Source: a virus
IMG/VR virus record: IMGVR_UViG_3300010149_000010
DNA: 64,000 bases
Direction: 5' to 3' (one strand)
Positions 1 through 12,100 of this stretch are shown here, piece after piece. The translations under genes and the position numbers were made by a program. Within the stretch, counting starts at the first letter, position 1. The number at the start of each line of letters is the position of its first letter. The notes beneath the pieces were generated by a model. That model did no database searches. It saw nothing but the letters and a program-made list of their open reading frames with translations, and was not told the DNA's origin.

Positions 1-2
1 TT

Positions 3-3000
3 GTTCATACTAATATTTCTGTTGGCTCTAAATCTTAAAGTTTCAATTTGATCCCCGAACTTAGATAGATGCGGAGACCAATCGTTAGGGCTTAGACCCT
101 CTTGACTCCCATCCAGGTCTTTTCTATTGTTTATGAAGTTTACACTTACTGCATTTATCATGTTATGTGAGGAAACAATAACATTATTAGACACAAGGTT
201 TCTCTTTGAAGAAACCAAATGGAACTGCCTAAAAGGCACAAATCTATCTTTTGTCTTTTTTATAAAATAATCGTACGCTTTTTCAGTAAAGAATTTTTTT
301 AATTTATCACCATTACTGCTATCTGTGTCATTAGACAAGGCCAATTCTCTTGGAAAGAGCTCGCCTATATTTTTCATACTTAAAGCGCCACCGTTTGCTT
401 CTTTCAAAGCCACATAGATAGCGTTGAGCTTTCTTATTTGGTTATTTGATATTTTTTTAGACCAGTAACGTTGACTTGGAACTCCAAAGAAAACTCTGTA
501 TTCAAGGCTATTCCCATATGGTCGAACCCCATAAATGTACCCAGGATGTCGCAAAGTGCATTCATGCAATATGTCCCATATTGTTTGTCCATTTACTATA
601 AACGTGTTTTCGTACTGAGCGACATCTAGCCGCTTATCTACCAAACTAAAAGGACTCAATTTTAAATCTTTCAGCTTGGAATCATTTGTTATGTTAATCA
701 TTCCCCATGTACTGTTGTTTATGAGTTTTTTACTTTCTTTGCTCATTGCTTCGACCCACTCTGAACCAGCAGAAGCCAATGAATCCCAGTATGAGTACGT
801 GGTGCTTGGTACATTTATCATATATTGTTTAGGGTGCGGAGAGAAAATATTGTCATCTTGTGGAGATAGAAGTTTCTTTTTCTTCAATTTATTCTTGTCT
901 TCGCTAAAGCTTCCTAGCATGCTGTAATACATAAATTTAGCAGAATCTATTATTACGTCTGCCCCTGCCAACATTACTGAAGTGACAAGCCCTCCTGTAA
1001 ATCCAACCGCAAGCGGCAAGGTAATACTACTGTAACCTCTTGCAAGAATATCAACGCCAATCTTTGACCCTAACCAAGTCTTTGACATTAAAGATGGTCC
1101 CAACCCACTCATTCCTAAAGCGCCAAAACCTCGCTGCTTTACGATTACTTGCTTTAAAAACTCTTCTCCAAGCTTATTCCCAGCCTGATATTTACCCGCT
1201 GTAAGTATCTGCGCAATCTTTTGGAATAATGTAACTACAGAGCCATTTAAGTAGCCATGCGCAATAACATTAGATCTTAAAGCTGCAAACCTCCCTCCAG
1301 TATTTACTACTAAGCTATTAAGCCCTCCAATGGAATTCAATTTAAGTGCTTCCATACCAAGCGGACCAAAAGTTCCAGGAGCTAAGTTGTACCTATTTGC
1401 GCGTATTAGATATTCTAACGCGTCATCAAAAGTATTTATAACTGGAGCGTATCCCGCTAGTTGTGCTGCTAAGGGATTTTTTGTTGAAGATCGCGCTACA
1501 AGATTAGATAAGTTTTGCGCTCGTTTAATAATTAAATCTTTAGCTCTTTGGCTTATTCCAAATGGGTTAATAAAGCTAATAGGCTTTACAAAAACAGCAT
1601 TAACGTAACGCCCAACACCCCTAGCAAAAGCTGCACCTTTTCCTGCACCAGCATACCAGCTTGTTATCTTTGTAACAAACGTTGTCTTGGCTCCCATTTT
1701 TAATAATGGCATGCCAAAAGTAAGCAATCCAACACCAATACCAATACCAAAAGTATTATCTGATACCCAATCAAAGAAGTTTCTACTTAAACTAAAATTA
1801 AAACTACTTTCTTTTTTATATATATCTAAATCTAAAGAAAAGTCTTTGTATTCGCCAAATTGAAATACTGCACCCACCTTAGATCTTCCGAAATGCTTCA
1901 ACTCATCGCTTAACATCATGCTACCTAATAATTGATGTGTACTATAAAAAGCATGTGCACTATTTTTATTTTTATTTCCGTTGCCTTTCCTCAAGGCCGT
2001 GAGCTCAACACCAAAACTTTGTACAGTGATATTACATATACTATTATTCTGCGCGTAATTTATGTCTGCAATCTTGCCTGAGATAAGCACGTCCAGCTCG
2101 TTAGTGTTGCTTTCATAACCAGCTCTAAGTTGAACAGTTACTCCTGGTCGAAGCACTATACTATCAATAAAGTTGCCTTCTTTTTTGAAGTTTTCTTCTT
2201 TTACATTTGGGTCTAGATCAACGTCTCTTAAAGCTCTTTTTTTAGTCCCATCTAGCACTCCGGAAATGTTTTGTAATTGTATAGTGGCTGTAGAGGCTGC
2301 TAGCTCTCTTGAGTTGTGAACATTAAAGCTAATTACAGAGTTGTAGTAAAAAAAATCATCGAAAGCAGTTAATCGATCTGTATAGATTTCGTCCTCTTCA
2401 ATTAGATACAGTCTGAATGTTGGAAAAGCATTTTTCATGGTTTTTAATTTGTAAATATTTTTACTGCTATCTTCAGACAGCCCCATAATGCTTTCTTTTC
2501 CGTAATCCTGCTCTATCTGCTCGCCTAATGTACGGTTGAGTTCTTTGTCTCCAGATTTTTTAATCTCTTTTAAGAAATCGTCTTTAATTTTAAAACCAAG
2601 ACTACTGCCAAAAGCGCTACTGAGCCTGCTAAGCTCCTTATTATACCTAGAATCAATCGCTTTGTTTGTTTCGGCTACTGTCTTCGTTACGGTTTTTATT
2701 ATTGCAGGTACAGCATTACTACTTGATGAGACCATGCTTTCACTCACAGTTACATTTATTTGAGCTTCTTCACTTACTTTTTCCGTGTTGTCAAACACAC
2801 CAATTTTAATTGGCGCTCCATAAGCCATCTTTTTCTCGTCTGATTCTCCAGTAATCATAAACTCAGAGATAGATCTCAAAACCTCTGTGCTATCCACAAG
2901 CTCGTTCACTATTTTTGTAGCAGATTCATTTCCTTCAAGCTTACTTTCAGGGCCAGTAAATATTCCATTTCTCAATCCTTTTTGAAACTGAATTGAGCTA

Positions 3001-6000
3001 TTTAATATTTTGTCTGCAGCTGCAAATTCTTTTTCTTTTGCAGACTTAACCATTGTGTCTAATATGTCATTACCGTCATGGTAGTAGAAACATGGAGACA
3101 AATTGGAATTGCTATAAAGATTATTAGGATCTTGAGGCAAGTCAATATCTGGGTAAGCATTTTCTTCTAGAAGTTCAAAAACGGTACTTCCATCAAGTAC
3201 TTTTAATAAAGTTGCATCTCTTGAATTTTCTACTATTTTTGGGTTTAAAGACATGTGCTCTTCTAAAATTGCGCTCAGAAGTTTCCTTAAGTAAGCAATT
3301 TTAAATCTATTCTCATTCTTTAAAGCTTCTTTCCCTTTGATTGTATTGAAATATTCTTTTAAGCCGTTTTTATTTTTTATTTGATAAGTGACTAGATATG
3401 GAAATCTATTCTCATTCTTTAAAGCTTCTGGATCCGATTTAATTTGAGCAGGATTCCTTGTATTAGGCCAGTAATATGGATCACTCTCTGATTGTTTTAA
3501 ATAAGAGATAGTCTTATTTGTTTTATCTATTTTTAAAATGTGATGATGATCTTCTTCATCAGGACCGGTCGTATTTACAGCTGGAAAAGTGAATAAAAAT
3601 CTTAAGTAATTTTTCATTTCTTTTAAAGTTAGTTCTTCTGCAAGCGCAAAGTTGGCCAACTTTGCATTTATATTTCCATTTTTATCATAAATGCCTTCGC
3701 TGTCTTTAAGGCTTCGTCTTATTAAATTTAGAGCTCTGCTTGATGCATCTAATTCAGACGCTACTTTGTTGAATTTTTCAAATATACTGAGTTCAGAAAA
3801 TATTGGTTTGACGTGATTGTTGATTCCGCTGCGGACCGTATCCGCACGACCTATCTCAGTTAAAAAATCTCCAATCTTTCGCCCGCCCTTAACACTTATA
3901 TTTACTCCTTCTCCAATAAGAAAATTCTTATTTTCTTCAAAGTATTTAATATAGAGTTTAAAGCTCTCTTTATCCTTTAAGAATTTTCCATGGGAGGCCA
4001 TGCCTGCAGTCACTCGTTCTAATTGCGATTTACCTTGACTATCTAAATTGCCTCCTAAAGCATCCCAAACACCATACATTTCAAGTGCTAAAAATACGCC
4101 ACTAATAACCCACCCTGCAGGGTTAATCTTGGTACCAGCAAAAAACAACGCTTGACTAATTCTATGGAGTGTTATTCCGGTGCCTATAGCACTTGCAGTT
4201 AGTGCAACTCCTTTTGTTGATTTTGAGATGTTGTTCGCTTCGCTCAGTATGGCTCCTGTGCTTAAACTTGTAACTCCCGTGAAAAGCCGCTCTGTGGAAG
4301 TATAAAAAGCAGGCAATACAGGAAAATTGTATAGTTCTTTTTGAATGAACTTCATTTCATCTTCAAATTCTTTGGCAGAATCTGTGTAGAGGTAAGGCTC
4401 CGTCAACATTAACGACGCCAACTCAGTAAAGCTTTTTAAAAGCTTATTGTTATTTAATTTAGCTCTAGTTAATGCATCTCTCTGAGCGCTCTTTGCATTT
4501 ACTTCTCCTACATTAAAGAATAATGATTTTGATTTTAAATCACTTTTATCTGTTATTACCCTGCTAGCAAACTGAGTTTTGGCCACTCCACTGAATCTAT
4601 CCATTCCTAGAGAGCCTGGAACTACGCTTTGAACTGTTTTAGTGCCATACTCAGTTGATGTTTGTATGTTTACTTTTAGCTCTTTCCCGTAATAACGGGT
4701 TACAGCTTTTATTACAGCCTTTTGTTCTTCACTTAGTTTCTTTTTGCCTTTGGGTGGAAAGAATTTTATCTCATACTTATTACCTGCTTGGGATATTTCA
4801 AAGTTGTATCTTCTCACTTTCCTCTCAGGTATCACTGCTTGAAAAGTAATCGATGCAGGCGTTACTGTTTCTTGATAAAGACTCTTTATTGCATTAGTAT
4901 CTACTAGATTATTATCTGACAGGAAAGTAATAAAATCTTCAGGCTTTGTAGAGGTTAGCTTGTATGCTTCTATATCTGCACTCTCTCTTGTGTCCTCCTT
5001 TAAAGCGGTTTTATCTTCTTTAGCTAAATCCCCTTCCTCTATTTCTTCAGCTTCATCATTGTCTAAATCACTTGATTCTTCAACTGCATCATCATTTGTT
5101 GGTAAATCGCCACTATCGAATACTTCATATATTCTTGGGAGCAAATATTGCACATCGTATTTAGTTCCATGACTGTGACTGTGACTTACTATAGTATAAC
5201 TGCCATCAATTACTGTCGCTAAAGGTACATCTCTAGAGTTAAGATTAGGTTCATCAGTCAAATCGTTGCTAAACATTTTTGGGACACTAGGAATCCCTGG
5301 AACAATCCTATGAAGCTCATTAATAAAGTGGCATGCAGCTTCAATTAGCTTATCTGGGAACTTTAATATCTGCCTTGGCCCGTCTGGGCCTGGATTATCA
5401 ATTACCTCAAACCCATATCTTTTTGCATTAGACGTTACAGGAGACAAAGCAAAATCAAAACCTATTGAGTTTGCATTAAAATTCCCCGCATGATTTGCTT
5501 GGTAGGCTGCGTCTACCATTTGGCTAGCAATTATAGTTCCATCTTTTTTATAACTTATACCAAAGTGACTACTTGTCGTGGTACCGGCCCATGTTCTTTT
5601 TAGAAACTCTGCGTTATGTCCACCATGGTGCAACATAATAAACTTGATATCATCGAGATCCCTCGGAGCTCGGCCAATCTGACCATCTGCATGATCTGTC
5701 TGTATGTTTATCTTTTCGTTTTGAGTGAAGTTTTCAAACTCAAATAAACCTCTAGTGTCTATTTCATAGCCTTTACCATTTATTATGACGCCTTTTTGGT
5801 CTTGTTGCTTGTAATACTCTTTTAAAGCGTCGTCAAAGCCACTTTTTCTTATATAAGCTTTAATAATAGCTATGTCTTCGTTCCAAAACTTCTTTTGATC
5901 AATAAACCGATACGGATCTTCTTTACCTCCCCATCGTCTTCTACTATCTCTCACATTCCAAGAAGAACCAATTTTATTTGCATGGTTAACAACAAAGTTT

Positions 6001-9000
6001 ACGTCTAAATGTATAAAACTACCTGCAGTGTTGGGCATAAGGTTATCATTAAAAATAGCTGCAGTGGGACCGGCGTTAGCGCCGGTCCCACTAATCCTGC
6101 CGCTTTGTCCCCCAATAGCACTACCGTAAATACCTATTCCAAAAATCCTTCTTCTGTTTCTTTTACCTTTTCTTTTGCCTATGCTGTCGAAGAAGAATCT
6201 TCTTTCTTCCAAGAGTTCAATTATTGCAGCTGCTTCACAAACATTCATATTATTTATGTATATGTCTGCAGCCCCACCTGTGAAGTGATTAGAAGCTGTA
6301 TCTCTGCTTCGTCCATCTAACTGTCTATCTAATGTAGAAAACGCATTGATAGCAAAATTCTTAGGGTTTGTTCCACTTATAGCTCTATGCTTTAAATAAA
6401 TATTTAAAAACTTCTGTAACGGGTCTAGGTAATCCTTACAAAATTCAAAAGCATTCTTATCTATATCCCCTACGAGTATTTTTTCAAGTCCTTGATTTTT
6501 AATCTGCGTCCTTAAATGCTTTTTTGAATGTGCATAGAAAGACTTCGCACCGAAATATATAGTATTCCAGTAATGATTTACATATTTGGCCGTAGAGTAC
6601 GACCTGGCATTACTGCTAACTGCACTTCCTCCTTGAGGACCAATATTAATGCCGCTTTGCTGAATTACTGAAGCGTACCTGCTTAAATAATTCTCATCTA
6701 CTTCGGAGCTTTTTGCCGCCCTTACTTCCTCTTCATCATAACACTTACTTTCACTAAAGCGTAAATTCAATCCAACCGCTCCCGGTGAACCTTCAATAGT
6801 AAATGTATCTACAGAAGAAATTAAAAATCTGGGTTTTATATCTCTGATTACAGCTTCTTGCTTGTTGTTAAACTCGACGACTTTTTCATCATTGTCAGCA
6901 TATTTAAAAGATCCTACAAGTTTTGTTATTAATGACTCAACGACAATATTTGCAGCGTCAGGTATTTGAGGAAAATTCTTAGCCATGTAAGCGGTATGCG
7001 CTCTGACGTTTTCTAATTCTTTGATTTTCGGAGGAAGCCCGTCACCAATTCCAGTGTACCCGATAAAATTAAACTGATAGCTAGGTTCTATGCTACCTAG
7101 AAACTGATGCGTAGGGTATTCATAACCAAGTACAGGAATAGAGCTGATAATGTTTCTCAAGCTACAAGAAACGTTTGTTATATCTTGCTCAAACTTTGGA
7201 AAAGAATCGCTGTTTACTCCGAAAGTATCCTTACCTGTGATCGCTTTAACATCTTCTTCAAACAAGTTAGAGTCGAATGAAAGTATCAGTGCTTTTTGAA
7301 AAACATTCTCTAGGCCACTTCGATACTGGTACTGAGAAAACCCTTCTTCTTCAATTACTCTTTTAATGGAGTTAATGTAAGGTAGATCCTTTTCAGTTAA
7401 ATATGTTTCGTTATCATTGCCTAATGAAACTTTAGAAACAGACCTTTTAACGACTTTACTGCTTTTTACATATTTTTCTTCTAAAGCTTTCCCAGTTAGT
7501 GTTAAGCAAAGATCATTTATTAATTGTCCACTTGCATTTATTGTAAACTCATTGTTCGTGTCAAAGTATCCAACTATTGTTCCCGCAGGAAAAACCTTTC
7601 CTTCTTGAGCCTTAATCCAATAACGCAAGTTCTCTTGCTCTTGTACTCCGCTGTATACTATCTTTTCTTCTTTTACACCACTTCCATTTGTAATAATTAT
7701 TTCCCCATTATTACTGTATGTGATCTTACCAGCTCTGATAGTCATTACTGCAAAAGCTAAATTGCTTGAATTGTTTTCATCCCATTCCTGAGTATTTTGA
7801 ACTTTATAGCCAGCGTTTGAAGTGCCTGTTATAAAAACATTACTACCAGGAGAATAATACCCAAAAGCTTGTAAAGATCTTTGTATTGGTAAAGAATATT
7901 CTTGAGAAATCGGGTCTATAGCTAGCCTTAAGTCTCTATCTTGTGGCGCACTTAAAGTTAAACCAGAGGTTACTGGTTTTGCTTCATTAATTACAGCTTC
8001 TTTTTTAGCTTCGTAGTCTTTGAAAAGTTTAAAGATTTTCTGTTTATTTTTTTTTATAACTTCATTTTGACTTTTTTCATTCATCCCTTTCACAATGCCT
8101 TTACGCAGACTTTTTCTGTGCCTGAATAGGAAGTTCCCCCCTAAGTTTAAAGACTTGTATTCCTTTGTCACAATTCTCGTATTAAGTCCACTCAACAGTA
8201 TCGAATGCGTCAGGTCTTTTCTGAACTTTAAAAGTTTATCATTTTTAATTCCATTAACTTTTAATTCGTGAATCCCTACTACGCTTGGTCTTTTAATGTT
8301 GCCTTCATACGCAGTACCCTGAAATAAATTGTAAACCTCTTCGTCTACAAATACCTCGTTTGGAACAAACTCTTCAATATTTTCCGTCCCTTTAACTACG
8401 TTTATTCCAAAACTTTCGTTTAAATATTTCAATTGCAAGAAGTTCGAATACCGTTTGTAAGCATTCGATTTTCTTGGGTCCGTAACAACACTTCTGCTTC
8501 TCGAAATAGCTTGTCTTGATAAGCTAAGAGGATTGTTACCATTAGGAGGGCTTAAGTCTCTTATTGTATTATTGCTACGTTTTAAATTTTTGCTGTATTT
8601 TAAAAGCGGCTTTCTTTGATCGGGCGTGCCTTTATATGTTGGGAAAATGGAATGCACATATTCTTTCACGCTTCCCTTATCTTCGACTTTCACTGTGTAG
8701 TCTTTTCTAAAGGTCAAAGATCTTCCAAAAGGTTTGTAGTTGAAATACCTTAGATCTAATTCTACTAAAAAAGCACCTGGCGAGCTAGGGTGGTTTGCAA
8801 TGTTCAAACCAAACACAGTAAAATAGTTAATTTGTGTAGCTACTGCATGGGTGTCTGATATGCTTTGCTGTATGAAACTATTTTGAATAGACACAAAAGG
8901 GTTGTTTCTTACTTGAGAAATCAATCGGTGCAAAAGTAGCAATGAGTCTGGTGCAAAAGTAATGCTAACCTGCGCGTGATAGTTACCATTTCCTGAAGCT

Positions 9001-9161
9001 ATTTTTGTGGAAACTCTAGATCTTAAAGTTTTCCACGCATATTCCAACCCCTCTTTATGCACTGATATTGCTGTAGGTGGAATATGAAGCTCAATATCGT
9101 TAATTACAAAATTAGCTTCTTGAGAATTAAACAGATCAGGAATGTTATTCAATTCACGCAT
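3..9161 (-). CDS. Giant baseplate hub / tail-tip protein (>3053 aa, runs off window start) with Peptidase M15-like and Amidase_2-like peptidoglycan hydrolase domains
   Basis: ATG at 9161 directly after the stop of the 2395-aa gene (MRELNNIPDLFNSQEANFVINDIELHIPP...). Frame checked open at 9161, about 6285, 6009, 5628 and 3-60, and the track lists no stop-terminated minus ORF here. SNHFTGGAAD...GIGIYG...FIHLD at about 6000-6370 (M15 HxxxxxxD/HxD). IMLHHGG...SSHFGI...HAGNFNANSIG...IVSH...KYD at about 5150-5660 (amidase Zn ligands). AFPTFRLYLIEE...LRPGVTVQLRAGY...ITVQSFG at about 2010-2435 resembles a hub domain. Confidence 0.8.
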   Translation of the reverse strand, partial: MRELNNIPDLFNSQEANFVINDIELHIPPTAISVHKEGLEYAWKTLRSRVSTKIASGNGNYHAQVSITFAPDSLLLLHRLISQVRNNPFVSIQNSFIQQSISDTHAVATQINYFTVFGLNIANHPSSPGAFLVELDLRYFNYKPFGRSLTFRKDYTVKVEDKGSVKEYVHSIFPTYKGTPDQRKPLLKYSKNLKRSNNTIRDLSPPNGNNPLSLSRQAISRSRSVVTDPRKSNAYKRYSNFLQLKYLNESFGINVVKGTENIEEFVPNEVFVDEEVYNLFQGTAYEGNIKRPSVVGIHELKVNGIKNDKLLKFRKDLTHSILLSGLNTRIVTKEYKSLNLGGNFLFRHRKSLRKGIVKGMNEKSQNEVIKKNKQKIFKLFKDYEAKKEAVINEAKPVTSGLTLSAPQDRDLRLAIDPISQEYSLPIQRSLQAFGYYSPGSNVFITGTSNAGYKVQNTQEWDENNSSNLAFAVMTIRAGKITYSNNGEIIITNGSGVKEEKIVYSGVQEQENLRYWIKAQEGKVFPAGTIVGYFDTNNEFTINASGQLINDLCLTLTGKALEEKYVKSSKVVKRSVSKVSLGNDNETYLTEKDLPYINSIKRVIEEEGFSQYQYRSGLENVFQKALILSFDSNLFEEDVKAITGKDTFGVNSDSFPKFEQDITNVSCSLRNIISSIPVLGYEYPTHQFLGSIEPSYQFNFIGYTGIGDGLPPKIKELENVRAHTAYMAKNFPQIPDAANIVVESLITKLVGSFKYADNDEKVVEFNNKQEAVIRDIKPRFLISSVDTFTIEGSPGAVGLNLRFSESKCYDEEEVRAAKSSEVDENYLSRYASVIQQSGINIGPQGGSAVSSNARSYSTAKYVNHYWNTIYFGAKSFYAHSKKHLRTQIKNQGLEKILVGDIDKNAFEFCKDYLDPLQKFLNIYLKHRAISGTNPKNFAINAFSTLDRQLDGRSRDTASNHFTGGAADIYINNMNVCEAAAIIELLEERRFFFDSIGKRKGKRNRRRIFGIGIYGSAIGGQSGRISGTGANAGPTAAIFNDNLMPNTAGSFIHLDVNFVVNHANKIGSSWNVRDSRRRWGGKEDPYRFIDQKKFWNEDIAIIKAYIRKSGFDDALKEYYKQQDQKGVIINGKGYEIDTRGLFEFENFTQNEKINIQTDHADGQIGRAPRDLDDIKFIMLHHGGHNAEFLKRTWAGTTTSSHFGISYKKDGTIIASQMVDAAYQANHAGNFNANSIGFDFALSPVTSNAKRYGFEVIDNPGPDGPRQILKFPDKLIEAACHFINELHRIVPGIPSVPKMFSNDLTDEPNLNSRDVPLATVIDGSYTIVSHSHSHGTKYDVQYLLPRIYEVFDSGDLPTNDDAVEESSDLDNDEAEEIEEGDLAKEDKTALKEDTRESADIEAYKLTSTKPEDFITFLSDNNLVDTNAIKSLYQETVTPASITFQAVIPERKVRRYNFEISQAGNKYEIKFFPPKGKKKLSEEQKAVIKAVTRYYGKELKVNIQTSTEYGTKTVQSVVPGSLGMDRFSGVAKTQFASRVITDKSDLKSKSLFFNVGEVNAKSAQRDALTRAKLNNNKLLKSFTELASLMLTEPYLYTDSAKEFEDEMKFIQKELYNFPVLPAFYTSTERLFTGVTSLSTGAILSEANNISKSTKGVALTASAIGTGITLHRISQALFFAGTKINPAGWVISGVFLALEMYGVWDALGGNLDSQGKSQLERVTAGMASHGKFLKDKESFKLYIKYFEENKNFLIGEGVNISVKGGRKIGDFLTEIGRADTVRSGINNHVKPIFSELSIFEKFNKVASELDASSRALNLIRRSLKDSEGIYDKNGNINAKLANFALAEELTLKEMKNYLRFLFTFPAVNTTGPDEEDHHHILKIDKTNKTISYLKQSESDPYYWPNTRNPAQIKSDPEALKNENRFPYLVTYQIKNKNGLKEYFNTIKGKEALKNENRFKIAYLRKLLSAILEEHMSLNPKIVENSRDATLLKVLDGSTVFELLEENAYPDIDLPQDPNNLYSNSNLSPCFYYHDGNDILDTMVKSAKEKEFAAADKILNSSIQFQKGLRNGIFTGPESKLEGNESATKIVNELVDSTEVLRSISEFMITGESDEKKMAYGAPIKIGVFDNTEKVSEEAQINVTVSESMVSSSSNAVPAIIKTVTKTVAETNKAIDSRYNKELSRLSSAFGSSLGFKIKDDFLKEIKKSGDKELNRTLGEQIEQDYGKESIMGLSEDSSKNIYKLKTMKNAFPTFRLYLIEEDEIYTDRLTAFDDFFYYNSVISFNVHNSRELAASTATIQLQNISGVLDGTKKRALRDVDLDPNVKEENFKKEGNFIDSIVLRPGVTVQLRAGYESNTNELDVLISGKIADINYAQNNSICNITVQSFGVELTALRKGNGNKNKNSAHAFYSTHQLLGSMMLSDELKHFGRSKVGAVFQFGEYKDFSLDLDIYKKESSFNFSLSRNFFDWVSDNTFGIGIGVGLLTFGMPLLKMGAKTTFVTKITSWYAGAGKGAAFARGVGRYVNAVFVKPISFINPFGISQRAKDLIIKRAQNLSNLVARSSTKNPLAAQLAGYAPVINTFDDALEYLIRANRYNLAPGTFGPLGMEALKLNSIGGLNSLVVNTGGRFAALRSNVIAHGYLNGSVVTLFQKIAQILTAGKYQAGNKLGEEFLKQVIVKQRGFGALGMSGLGPSLMSKTWLGSKIGVDILARGYSSITLPLAVGFTGGLVTSVMLAGADVIIDSAKFMYYSMLGSFSEDKNKLKKKKLLSPQDDNIFSPHPKQYMINVPSTTYSYWDSLASAGSEWVEAMSKESKKLINNSTWGMINITNDSKLKDLKLSPFSLVDKRLDVAQYENTFIVNGQTIWDILHECTLRHPGYIYGVRPYGNSLEYRVFFGVPSQRYWSKKISNNQIRKLNAIYVALKEANGGALSMKNIGELFPRELALSNDTDSSNGDKLKKFFTEKAYDYFIKKTKDRFVPFRQFHLVSSKRNLVSNNVIVSSHNMINAVSVNFINNRKDLDGSQEGLSPNDWSPHLSKFGDQIETLRFRANRNISMN

Positions 9162-9164
9162 ATT

Positions 9165-12100
9165 TTAATCTCTCATCATTTTATTAATATAGGCATTACC
9201 TATCGGCCTTCTATTGTCGTTGACAGTCAGTGACGCCTGCCCTCCAGCCGATACAAAGTGCTTGCCCATAGTTTGAGCTGCAGAAAGGCTTGGAGCCTCT
9301 CCGTACATCTTAATTGAACGATTCAATGATACAGTACTCACTCCGCTATTGATAGGTCTTTCATAAAAATTATCAATCCCATTTATCTTACCTGGGCTTA
9401 CGTTTCCGTGCTCTCTACTAAAACTTTGTTGCAAAGCTCTATTGCTTAAACCTTGCCCCGCTTTTAAAGCTTCTTTAGAGATAGAATCGGAAAATTTACC
9501 TCCAGGTTCAAGCGAGCTGCTTGGCGAATTTGCTCCCACAGCATACGAAGCCAAAAGCGAACCTGCAATTACTCCAGCCAAACCCTTGCTCCTGCTAACG
9601 GTTTCGCTAAAAGCACTTCTAGCAGAATCTACTTTAGAAAAAATCGATTCTATTTCATCAAGCTCGCCAGTAATCACTCCACCTTCCATTGAAAAACCCT
9701 TGTTCATTAGTTGGAACAATTGCTGGCTGTTAAACCTAGAAGAACCTTCTAATTTTCTTCCAAGTGCCTTGTTAGATGTAAAATCGTTAAATCCATATTT
9801 TTTTACATTTCTAGCCATAACATCAAAAGAGTCAAATATTTCTTGGACATTTAAATTTACGTCTCCTAGAGCTTCTCTAAACTTTTTCGTTGCATTACCT
9901 TCTCCTAAGTTATGGAACTCAATTGACTTTGCATCTATTTTTAAGTTGCCTTCAGCATTTTCCAACAAAGTTCCTTTGAATATCTTGTCCTGGAAAAAGC
10001 TTTTTAGAGCATCGCCCTTACCCGTATTAAAAGATGTTTTTAAAGCACTTAGGTATTCCCTAGAAATGTTAGCAGCAATCGGAAGCTTCTTGCCTTTAAT
10101 TCCTAAAACTTCTTGAGCCACTGATATTAAAGCTGCTCCACTTTGAATTTTTTTAAATTGAGCTGCAAAATCTCCACTAGTATCATCTGCAGCAGACTGT
10201 GCAAGTCCCAGCATTCCTGCTTTAACTTGCACATCTAGACCACCAATTCCCTTTACTATTTGTTCTTTCTGGTACTCGTCTACAATGGACTGAGCAACTG
10301 TCATTTGTGAGGCTCCCATGCGCTTCCCTAGCTTCTCTACACCTTCCCCAAGCAGGCTCATGTTAGTTAGAAACTCTGCACCATAAGTGTACATTTTTTT
10401 TGCGTCGATCCCTTGGTTTTTCATTTTATTTTTTAAAGTCTTGTCTACATCAAAAAATACCTGATAAGGATCCGCGTCAAAGTCTCCAATGCCAAACCTT
10501 GCAAAATCCATGCGCCCAGAAAAGGCAGTCCTTTTACCTGTATTTACATCTTCTATTTGCATGCTCATGTCTATTTGAGGAAACCTTACAGTCCCTCCTC
10601 CATGCTCGCCTTTCTCTAAGTGCTTGTTAAGCATATCTTTATATATACCACCATAAGCACTAACTTGCTCTTCGTTTAGTTTTCCGCTTTCTTTCAACAA
10701 TCTTAGTTCAGCCAAATCGGCACCTGTTTTAACTTCTCTTCCCAAAACATCGTCTAGGATTTTTAAAGGCCTGCTTATACCAGGCGCTCTTGGCTGAGTT
10801 TTGTTTCCTTGAAAATCTGTATCTAAACCGCTTACTTCAGGAGCGTTGTTCATTATTTTTTCATCTATATCTTTTATAGTTATATCACCTTCATTTTCTA
10901 TTGATTCTTTTTGAGCATTTTCTATTAATTGTTTTTGAGCTTTGATTTCGTCTTCTTCTTGATTTAATCTTTCTATTTCTTCGAAAAGCGCTTTTCTGCG
11001 TTTTTGTTTACCCCTAAAAGGGTTTTTTTCCATTTCGTTAAGATCGCGCGTTGCTCTTTGTGAAATTTCTCTTTGTGAATAGAAATTTGACGCTCTATCT
11101 TTCACCTCTGACATTTTTACTTCTTCTCCTCTAGCTTCTCTTCTGATTACATCGTAGGCGTCTATCTTTGTAGCTTGAGGCGCAAGAGTGTAATTGCTGT
11201 TTTCATTAAGGACTTTTCTTACCCTTCCTCTGTTTCGAGAACTTATCCTCTCTAAGAACGGTTCGAGACTTTCTTCTGTAACCATGCCTTTTTTTCGTGC
11301 CGCTATAATTTCTTCAGAAACTGCTGGCCCCACTCCTTTTAGCTGCATCAATTCCTCTTTTGTTGCTAAGTTTAAATTCACAACACTCGCTCCACCACTT
11401 CTTACTTCTTTTATCCTCTGCGATATTTGCTCCCTATTCATATTGATTTTGCTCCGACCCTTGTTGTCAGGTTGAGCTAGTTCTTCTAAAGGGTTCAATT
11501 TACTCCCCGTTTGATTTCCATACTCATCAAGTAAGGGTACGTTTTTTCCAGAAAACTTTCTTGCTAAAAACTCGTTTTCAAAGCCTTCCAAGCTTCTCAA
11601 GTGAGTTTTATTGTCAGCATTAAAACCAAAAAAAGGTCCCATTTCGTTTATGAATCCAATAGCCTCTTTTTTATTTTCGAAATGCCTAAAAGAAGATGTC
11701 AACCTACCTTCATCTACACTCCTTCCATATGCTCCAACGTCTTCTATAGTTTCTGTGAACTCTCTTTCTAAACTACGTCTTATGTTTCCTTCAGAGACAT
11801 CACCGCCTCCAAGAACAGCCCTTCCGTAAACGTCTTTATTTTTATCAGCAGCGGTAATTTGTTCGTTAATTTTATGTATTTTATTATCAATAATTTTTGC
11901 TTCTTCATTAAGACCTTTAAGTTCCTCTGCCTTTTTGCTATATTCTGTAGTTTTTGTTGAACCAGCTTTATTAAACTTCTTAATTTGTTCAATTATCGGC
12001 TCGGCCTTTTTTTTTATTTTTGAAAACTGATCTTGCAAAAGAGCTACTTTACTATGACGTTTAGCTTGTGCTGCACCTACGTCTTCAGCAAGAAGGTTCA

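Noticed and set aside
1-9160. Apparent 9-kb region without real genes, suggesting stop-codon recoding or decay
   Set aside because: A single minus-strand frame is open from 9161 to the window edge; the track omits it only because the stop is outside the window. Standard code gives dense long ORFs elsewhere
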